Shown here: piece after piece, positions 57,299 through 64,000 of the stretch
How positions within the stretch are numbered: the first letter of the stretch is position 1
Layout of the letters: every line of letters starts with the position of its first letter
Position numbers and translations under genes: made by a program
The notes under the pieces: generated by a model
The model's database searches: none
The model's input: only the letters and a program-made list of their open reading frames with translations
What the model was told of the DNA's origin: nothing
Source: Alphaproteobacteria bacterium
GTDB taxonomy: Bacteria > Pseudomonadota > Alphaproteobacteria > Bin95
Direction of reading: 5' to 3'
Assembly: GCA_965205265.1 (NCBI GenBank)
Contig: CBDBGH010000003.1
Location: 416,001-480,000 of the forward strand
Length of the DNA stretch: 64,000 nucleotides

Positions 57299-57898
57299 GT
57301 GCATCTCTTTGTCGGGCTCGGCAATCCCGGCCCGAAATACGCCCGCCACCGGCACAATATCGGGTTCATGGCGCTGGACGCGATCGCCAACCGGCACGGC
57401 TTCCCGGCGTTCCGCAAGCGGTTTCGCGGCCTGGTGAGCGAGGGCCGGCTCGGTGCGGAGCGCGTGGCGCTGCTCAAGCCGCAGACCTTCATGAACCAGT
57501 CCGGCCGCGCCGTCTCGGCGGCCATGCAGTTCTACAAGCCGGGCCTCGCCCAGGTGGTGGTGTTCCACGACGAGCTCGACCTGGCGGCCGGCAAGCTGCG
57601 CGTGAAGCGGGGCGGCGGATCGGCCGGCCATAACGGGCTCGGCAGCATCGACCGCATTGTCGGCCCGGGCTATCGCCGCGTGCGCCTCGGCATCGGGCAT
57701 CCGGGCGATTCGCGGCGCGTGACCGGCCATGTGCTGCATGCCTTCGATTCGGACGACTCGGGCTGGCTCATGCTCATGCTGGACGCGGTGGCGCGCTCGG
57801 CCGACCTGCTGGCGGCGAATGACGATGCGAATTTCATGAACCGGGTGGCGATCCTGACCCGTCCGCCGCCTCCCGCCGCGCCGGCCCCGGAGGCCTGA
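57299..57898 (+). CDS. pth: Peptidyl-tRNA hydrolase
   Basis: GLGNPG..RHNIGF, KPQTFMN, HDELD, GHNGL. Confidence 0.97.
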   Translation: MHLFVGLGNPGPKYARHRHNIGFMALDAIANRHGFPAFRKRFRGLVSEGRLGAERVALLKPQTFMNQSGRAVSAAMQFYKPGLAQVVVFHDELDLAAGKLRVKRGGGSAGHNGLGSIDRIVGPGYRRVRLGIGHPGDSRRVTGHVLHAFDSDDSGWLMLMLDAVARSADLLAANDDANFMNRVAILTRPPPPAAPAPEA

Positions 57899-57905
57899 CG
57901 GGGTC

Positions 57906-59009
57906 ATGGGCTTCAAATGCGGCATAGTGGGGCTGCCGAATGTCGGCAAGTCCACGCTCTTCAACGCGCTGACGGCGACCGCGCAGGCGCAGGCGGAGAA
58001 CTATCCGTTCTGCACGGTCGAGCCGAATGTCGGGCGCGTCGCGGTTCCCGACCCGCGCCTGGAAAAAGTCGCCGACCTCGCGGGGGCGCCGAGCGTGCAG
58101 CCGGCCTTCCTGGAGTTCGTCGACATCGCCGGGCTGGTGCGCGGCGCCTCGCGCGGCGAGGGGCTGGGCAACCGTTTCCTCGCCAATATCCGCGAGGTGG
58201 ACGCCATCGCCCATGTGCTGCGCTGCTTCGAGGACGGGGGCGTGACGCATGTGGAAAGCGGAATCGATCCGGTGCGCGATGCCGAGACGGTCGAGACCGA
58301 GCTCATGCTGGCGGACCTCGAAAGCCTGGAGCGGCGTTTCGACCTGGCGAAGAAACGCGCGGCGGCCGGCGACGGCGAACAGAAGGTCCTGGTCCGCACG
58401 ATGGCGCCCGTGCTCGAAGCGCTGGAGGCGGGCCGCCCGGCGCGCAGCGTCGCCTTCGGCCGCGAGGACGACCGGGCGGCCTTCAGGGGCCTGCAGCTGC
58501 TCACCGCCAAGCCCGTGCTCTATGTGTGCAATGTCGGCGAGGCGGACGCGGCCTCCGGCAATGAATGGTCGCGGCTGGCGGCGGCGCGCGCGGCCCGCGA
58601 GGGCGCCGAATGCGTCACCGTGTCCGCTGCCGTCGAGGCGGAGATCGCCATGCTCGCAGATGCCGGAGAGCGCACGGAGTTCCTGGAGACGCTGGGTCTG
58701 GACGAATCCGGCCTCGACCGGGTCATCCGCGCGGGCTACCGGCTGCTCGGGCTGATTACCTTCATCACCGCGGGGCCGAAGGAAGCCCGCGCCTGGACCG
58801 TCGCGGCAGGCGCATCCGCGCTTGAGGCGGCGGGCCGCGTCCACACCGATTTCGAGCGCGGTTTCATCCGCGCCGAGACCATCGCCTTCGAGGACTATGT
58901 GGCCTTCGGCGGCGAGCGCGGCGCGAAGGATGCCGGGCGGATGCGTGTCGAGGGCCGCGACTACGTGGTGCAGGACGGCGACGTGCTGCTCTTCCGCTTC
59001 AATGTGTAG
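57906..59009 (+). CDS. ychF: Redox-regulated ATPase YchF
   Basis: GLPNVGKSTLFN, DIAGLV, FIRAE. Confidence 0.97.
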   Translation: MGFKCGIVGLPNVGKSTLFNALTATAQAQAENYPFCTVEPNVGRVAVPDPRLEKVADLAGAPSVQPAFLEFVDIAGLVRGASRGEGLGNRFLANIREVDAIAHVLRCFEDGGVTHVESGIDPVRDAETVETELMLADLESLERRFDLAKKRAAAGDGEQKVLVRTMAPVLEALEAGRPARSVAFGREDDRAAFRGLQLLTAKPVLYVCNVGEADAASGNEWSRLAAARAAREGAECVTVSAAVEAEIAMLADAGERTEFLETLGLDESGLDRVIRAGYRLLGLITFITAGPKEARAWTVAAGASALEAAGRVHTDFERGFIRAETIAFEDYVAFGGERGAKDAGRMRVEGRDYVVQDGDVLLFRFNV

Positions 59010-59015
59010 CGGCCC

Positions 59016-59957
59016 CTACGCGGCGGCCCGTTCTCCCCTCAACGCCTCCGCCGCCGGGATGACCTCCTCCACCAGGCGCCGCGTCTGAGCCATGATCTCC
59101 TCGTCGTCGCGGCCCATCGGGCGCAGGATGAACTTGGAGATGCCGGCGTCCACGAAGGCGGCGATGCGGGCGAGAATGTCGTCCCGGCCGCCCACCGCCC
59201 ATTGCCGGCGGGGATCGCGCCCGGTGCGTTTCATCTGGGCGTCGGCCGCCTTCGCCACCAGCGGCTCGTCCCAGGAGCCGAAGCGCGCGTTCAGCCCGGT
59301 GCCGAAATGCTCGGGGTCGAACGGCCGGCCTTCGGCCTCGGCGGCTTCGCGGATCGCGGCCACGACCGGCGCCACTTCCTCCGGCGCCTCGCCGCCGGCC
59401 TGCCAGCCCGTGCCCCATTTCGCGGTCCGGCGGATCGCGGCCCGGCTCGACCCGCCGATCCAGAGCGGCAGCGGGTCCTGCACCGGGCGCGGCGAGATCG
59501 AGGCGTCCTTCATGGCGTAGAACTCGCCCTCGAAGCTGACCTTCTCCTCCGACCAGAGCCGGGAGAGGATTTCCAGCCCCTCGTTCGTCCGGCGCGCGCC
59601 CTTGTCGAAGGCCTCGCCGCGCACCTGCCATTCCGGCCCGCGCGGGCTGCCGACGCCGAAGGCCGGCAGCAGCCGCCCCTCGCTCAGCACGTCGATGGTG
59701 GCGCACTGCTTGGCGAGCAGCAGCGGGTCGCGCAGGCCGACCGACGCGACATTCATGCCGAACTTGATCCGCCTCGTGCGGCCTGCGATGGCGGCCATGG
59801 CGCTCATGCATTCCAGGATCGGCTGGCGCGAGACCAGCCGGTCCGTCTGCCAGAGCGAGTCGACGCCGCCCTCCTCGCAGAGATCGATCCAGCGCCAGAA
59901 GGCGCGCGCGTCCGAGAACGGAAAATCCGCCAGCCCCAACCCGACACCGATGCCCAT
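59016..59957 (-). CDS. LLM-class flavin-dependent oxidoreductase
   Basis: Luciferase-like motifs (LAKQCATIDVLSEGR, WIGG). Confidence 0.85.
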   Translation of the reverse strand: MGIGVGLGLADFPFSDARAFWRWIDLCEEGGVDSLWQTDRLVSRQPILECMSAMAAIAGRTRRIKFGMNVASVGLRDPLLLAKQCATIDVLSEGRLLPAFGVGSPRGPEWQVRGEAFDKGARRTNEGLEILSRLWSEEKVSFEGEFYAMKDASISPRPVQDPLPLWIGGSSRAAIRRTAKWGTGWQAGGEAPEEVAPVVAAIREAAEAEGRPFDPEHFGTGLNARFGSWDEPLVAKAADAQMKRTGRDPRRQWAVGGRDDILARIAAFVDAGISKFILRPMGRDDEEIMAQTRRLVEEVIPAAEALRGERAAA

Positions 59958-60025
59958 TGCCCGCCGCTCCTGCTATATCCGGGGCGACTATACCCGAGAG
60001 ACACGACAGCCGGGAGCGGCGCCCC

Positions 60026-60982
60026 ATGGAATTCGGTCTGAGCATCCCCAATCGCGGCCCTATGGGCACCCCGGAAGCTATCGGGGCTCTGGCCCGCAAG
60101 GCGGAGGAGGGCGGTTTCGCGCGGCTTGCCGTGTCCGACCATATCATCATCCCGAAAAGCTACGCCTCGCGCTATCCCTACGACGCATCCGGCAAGCTCG
60201 CCGGCGACTGGGGCGACTGCATGGAGCAGCTGATCGTGATGACCCATGTGGCGGCGGTCACGAAGAAGGCGCGCATCCTCTCCGCGGTCATGGTGGTGCC
60301 GCACCGCCCGGCGGTGTTCACGGCCAAGGCGGTTGCGACCATGGACGTGCTCTCCGGCGGGCGCATCGACCTCGGCATCGGCGCAGGCTGGCTGCGCGAG
60401 GAGTTCGAGGCGATCGGCGCCCCGGATTTCGATGCCCGCGGGCGCGTCACAAGCGAGTATCTGGAGGCGTTCAAGACCCTCTGGACCGAAGAGAATCCGT
60501 CCATGGCGGGCGAGTTCGCCGCCTTCGACGGCATCGTCTTCGAGCCGAAGCCGGTGCAGCGCCCGCACCCGCCGATCTGGACCGGCGGCGAGAGCGGCCC
60601 GGCGCTCCGCCGCGCCGCGCGCCATGCCGATGTCTGGTTCCCCATCGGCGCCAATCCGCGCCATCCGCTGGACACGCCCCGGCGCTTCGCCGCCGGCGCG
60701 GCCGCCATGCGCGCCGAGGCGGAGAAGGCCGGCCGCGACCCGGCGGAGATCGGGCTCGCCTTTTCGGCCAACTGGTACCGCGAAGACCTTGAGCGGCGGA
60801 ACGACGAGGGCGACCGCTTCCTCTTTACGGGCACGGACGAGCAGGTGGCCGGGGACGCGGCGGCGCTTGGCGAGATCGGCGTCACGCGGCTCATGTTCAA
60901 CTTCCTGCGCCCGAGCCTGGAGGAGACCTTCGAGGCCATCGACCGCTTCCGCGAGAACGTCATGGCGCGGGTGCTGCCATGA
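60026..60982 (+). CDS. LLM-class (probably F420-dependent) oxidoreductase
   Basis: [34 protein letters not shown]. Confidence 0.85.
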   Translation: MEFGLSIPNRGPMGTPEAIGALARKAEEGGFARLAVSDHIIIPKSYASRYPYDASGKLAGDWGDCMEQLIVMTHVAAVTKKARILSAVMVVPHRPAVFTAKAVATMDVLSGGRIDLGIGAGWLREEFEAIGAPDFDARGRVTSEYLEAFKTLWTEENPSMAGEFAAFDGIVFEPKPVQRPHPPIWTGGESGPALRRAARHADVWFPIGANPRHPLDTPRRFAAGAAAMRAEAEKAGRDPAEIGLAFSANWYREDLERRNDEGDRFLFTGTDEQVAGDAAALGEIGVTRLMFNFLRPSLEETFEAIDRFRENVMARVLP

Positions 60983-61332
60983 CCGCCCCGCTCGTCGAAC
61001 CGGCCGCGCTCGCCGATGTGCGCTTCGACGAGGCGGGCCTCGTCCCCGCCGTCGCCCAGGCGTATGGCACGGGCGAGGTGCTGATGATGGCCTGGATGAA
61101 CCGGGAGTCGCTTGCCGAGACGCTGCGCACGGGCCGCGCCTGCTACTGGTCGCGCTCGCGCCGGGCGTTCTGGCGCAAGGGCGACACCTCCGGCCATATC
61201 CAGCAGGTGCGCGAATGCCGCCTCGACTGCGACGGCGACACCGTCCTGCTGCTGGTCGAGCAGACCGGCGCCGCCTGCCACACCGGCGCCCGGAGCTGCT
61301 TCTTCCGGCGCATGGAGCGGGAGGGCGGCTAG
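60979..61332 (+). CDS. hisI: Phosphoribosyl-AMP cyclohydrolase
   Basis: YWSRSR..WRKG.TSG, DCDGD, ACHTG..SCF. Confidence 0.96.
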   Translation: MTAPLVEPAALADVRFDEAGLVPAVAQAYGTGEVLMMAWMNRESLAETLRTGRACYWSRSRRAFWRKGDTSGHIQQVRECRLDCDGDTVLLLVEQTGAACHTGARSCFFRRMEREGG

Positions 61333-61409
61333 TGTCGGCTCTCCGATGCTCGGACGATTTCGCTTCGGTGCGGCTGACCGTTTCTGCGTCGTGCCTGAAC
61401 GACCTCCTC

Positions 61410-61486
61410 CGTCATGCCCGGACTTGTTCCGGGCATCTCTCCGGGCCGGCTGCGTGTGGATGGCCGGAACAAGTCCGGCCATGACG
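61410..61486. repeat. REP-like inverted doublet
   Basis: Same family as 3472. Confidence 0.8.
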
Positions 61487-61539
61487 GGATGGGGACGCTG
61501 CGCAAGAGCGCTGAAACTTCCCGATCGGAGACACTGGCC

Positions 61540-62160
61540 ATGATCCGGACCCTTCGCGGTCTTGCCGCCTGCCTTGCGCTGCTTGCCGCCGGCTGCGCGA
61601 CCGCGCCGCCGGACAATCAGGGCAATCTCTGCTCCGTGTTCGAGCAATATCCGGACTGGTACGACTATGCCCGCGCCAGCGAGAGCGAGTGGGGCACGCC
61701 CGTTCCGGTCCAGATGGCCTTCGTCCATCGGGAGTCCAGCTATCGCAGCCATGCGCGGCCGCCGAGAAAGTGGCTCTGGTTCATCCCCTGGGGGCGCCAG
61801 ACATCGGCCAAGGGCTATGCGCAGGCGCTGGACGGCACCTGGGCGGAATATGAGAACGAGCGCGGCGGGTGGTTCCGCAGCCGCTCCGACATGGAAGACG
61901 CGCTCGACTTCATCGGCTGGTACAACCGCAAGAGCCACCGCCAGCTCGGCCTTGCCTACACCGACGCTTACAGCCTCTACCTGGCCTATCACGAGGGCCG
62001 CGGCGGCTACCGGAGCGGCAAGTGGAAGAACAAGAAGGGCGTCAAGGCGGCGGCCCGCAAGGTCGCCCGCACGGCCAAGCGCTACACCTCCCAGCTCGCC
62101 AAATGCGAGGCCCGCTTCCGCTGCGACTCCTGGTACCAGATCTGGCCCTTCTGCAGCTGA
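61540..62160 (+). CDS. SLT-like transglycosylase lipoprotein
   Basis: Lipobox AAGC; RESS, GYAQALDGTW, YLAYHEG. Confidence 0.82.
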   Translation: MIRTLRGLAACLALLAAGCATAPPDNQGNLCSVFEQYPDWYDYARASESEWGTPVPVQMAFVHRESSYRSHARPPRKWLWFIPWGRQTSAKGYAQALDGTWAEYENERGGWFRSRSDMEDALDFIGWYNRKSHRQLGLAYTDAYSLYLAYHEGRGGYRSGKWKNKKGVKAAARKVARTAKRYTSQLAKCEARFRCDSWYQIWPFCS

Positions 62161-62194
62161 CCGCGCCCGCGCCGCGAAGCCGGCCCCCGGCGAT

Positions 62195-62860
62195 GCGTCA
62201 TGGAATGTCATGCGATGTCATGTTCTCCATGCGCGGGGGACATGCCCTGTAGCCTGTCCGGGCATAACGCTCCGTTCATGCCTCTTCCTTTCCGCCTGCG
62301 GGCTGCCGCAGCCGGATGGCCCTTGTCCGTCGCCCCGGACGGCGCGCCGGCGCCGGTCCGGGGCCTCGCGCGGCTGGAGCCAGGCTGCATGAGGCCCCGG
62401 ATCGCCCGGCGGGCGTCCGGGGTGACGACGGGGGGCCTGCAGGCGCGGTCGTCCTCCGGCAGCGGCGCTGCGCTCATGTCCTGGGCATAAGCTTCGGCAA
62501 GGGCTGCGGCGGCGGGGGCCAGCTTTTCGGCCAGCATCGCCGCCAGTGCGGGGCGGGGGTCGGGTGCGGTCATCGTCTCTCCTCTTGCGACGGGGAGCAT
62601 GTCCCTGTTTCGCGCGTATCCCGCGCGCGGGCGGGCGTTACGCGGCGGCGCGGTTCGCGCGCCTGATTGCGCGCGCGAGGCACAGGGCGCACGTCTCCCG
62701 TCGGCTTCTCACGGGTTTTCAGAAACTGGCGCCGCTCGGCCGCGCGGCACCCGGGGGAGGCGGCTCCGGAGTCCGCTTCCCTGGGGACCATCATACCACA
62801 ATCCGTCAGATGTCAAGCTTATATAGGGAACAAAATTCAAAAATATCGGAAATTATTCAT
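62195..62860 (-). repeat. Non-coding dispersed element, copy 2, with promoter-like end
   Basis: Blocks shared with 51885-52450; TTGACA-N15-TATGAT on minus strand at ~62790-62816. Confidence 0.7.
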
Positions 62861-62945
62861 GTTTCGCGAAATCGGAAAGGGCATTGGCCGGGGTTTTCGC
62901 GAGAACCGAATTGGGCCTGTCCCCCGAAAAAGCTTTGCCCGTGGC

Positions 62946-63863
62946 CTACAACACTGTCACCTCATACCCCAGCCGGGGGAAGTGGACATGGATTTGGCCG
63001 GTTTTCGGGTCCTGGCGGCGGATTGTTATTTCGGTCGGGGTCGCGTGGACGGTCTCGCCTTCCACGGGGTCGAGGGCGAAATCTTCCGTTGCCACGCGGA
63101 CGCGCAGGCCGGGCGGGATGTCGCCGGGCGCGCCGGTTGAAGGCAGGGGCGCCGGCTCCATCTCGGCGGCGATGCGGAGCGCGTCGGCCGGCGTCAGTTC
63201 CGAGCGCCGGCCGTGGCCGATGCTGGCGATCCGGGCCATCCAGTCCGCGATGCGGGGATAGCCGGCGAGAACGGGGGCGGCCTTGCCGTCGAGGGCGTTC
63301 AACCACCACAGCCGCTGGTAGAGGGCGAAATCCGCGAGTCGGGGCGTGCGGGCTGCAAGGCCGAAGTCTTCGTCCGCCAGCAGGTCTTCCACCCAGCCCA
63401 GCATGAGGCGGAGCTGGCCTTCCTGGTGGGGCAGGTCGGCCGCCACCTTCTCCATGTCCGGGGCGGCGTGGCCGCGCATGGCGGAGCGGTCGCGGAAGAA
63501 GCCTTCCGACAGCGTCTCGCGGTTCATGCCGGTGACGTAGCGCGCGGTCGGCCACATCAGCACGCGCTCCGCCCAGCTCGCCAGCATGGCGTCGAACCCG
63601 CGCCCCGCTTCCGGCAGCAGCGGTGGGTCCGGGACGCGCCGGTCGAGCTCCATCGCGATGCGGAGCGTGTCGCAATAGATGTCCGCGCCGACCTGCAGCA
63701 CGGGCGTCCGGCGGAAGCCGCCGGTGAGCGGCATCAGGTCCGGTTTCGGCAGCACCATCGGCTGGATGACCGAGCGCCATGCCAGCCCCTTCAGCCCGAA
63801 GGCGAGGCGGATTTTCTCCGCATAGGGGGAAATGTCGTAATGGTGCAGAATGAGTCCGGCCAT
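62946..63863 (-). CDS. Glutathione S-transferase family protein
   Basis: HHYDISPYAEKIR, GGFRRTPVLQVGADIYCDT. Confidence 0.9.
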   Translation of the reverse strand: MAGLILHHYDISPYAEKIRLAFGLKGLAWRSVIQPMVLPKPDLMPLTGGFRRTPVLQVGADIYCDTLRIAMELDRRVPDPPLLPEAGRGFDAMLASWAERVLMWPTARYVTGMNRETLSEGFFRDRSAMRGHAAPDMEKVAADLPHQEGQLRLMLGWVEDLLADEDFGLAARTPRLADFALYQRLWWLNALDGKAAPVLAGYPRIADWMARIASIGHGRRSELTPADALRIAAEMEPAPLPSTGAPGDIPPGLRVRVATEDFALDPVEGETVHATPTEITIRRQDPKTGQIHVHFPRLGYEVTVL

Positions 63864-63970
63864 GTCCGTGAGCCCCGGCATGTCGGGAAGCATGCGTCAT
63901 ATCGCGGACGGGACGGAAAACAAGGGGGCTTATATAGACAGGTTTGCGAGGCTTGGCGCCTTCTCTCCAA

Positions 63971-64000
63971 CGTCATACTCGGACTTGTTCCGGGTATCTC
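63971..64000. repeat. REP-like unit (cut by window end)
   Basis: CGTCATACTCGGACTTGTTCCGGGTATCTC. Confidence 0.7.

Overview
High-GC alphaproteobacterial chromosome segment (Rhodospirillales-like gene order; the taxon is inferred). It runs from a TRAP transporter and MATE pump (0.3-5 kb) through an ~20.5 kb decayed genomic island (5372-25841). After that comes a core block: thiD, glmM-folP-ftsH-tilS, cpoB-pal-tolBARQ-ybgC, ruvBAC-yebC-ymdB-ygfA-6S RNA-zapA, tkt-gap, coq7, prs-rplY-pth-ychF and hisI. This block is interspersed with three further TA pairs and REP/MITE-like repeats. Main observation: the island sits inside the PIN-toxin gene of an AbrB-PIN toxin-antitoxin operon, at the DTN codons. 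Both junctions share a 7-bp core TCGACAC, both ends carry a matching 19-bp arm-like motif, and the right end supplies a new in-frame TTG start. The island carries six related arm-type tyrosine integrase genes or fragments (two tandem pairs), IS630/IS256/IS21/IS66 pieces and defence-type cargo: Rpn with an internal antitoxin-like start, a split NotI-family nuclease, TIR plus a truncated TM partner, and a DUF4338 remnant. Other notable items are a two-copy ~600-bp non-coding element with conserved blocks and a promoter, and a 16-bp-stem/25-nt-loop hairpin shared by two different IS21 leaders. All family assignments are by motif recognition, not database search.
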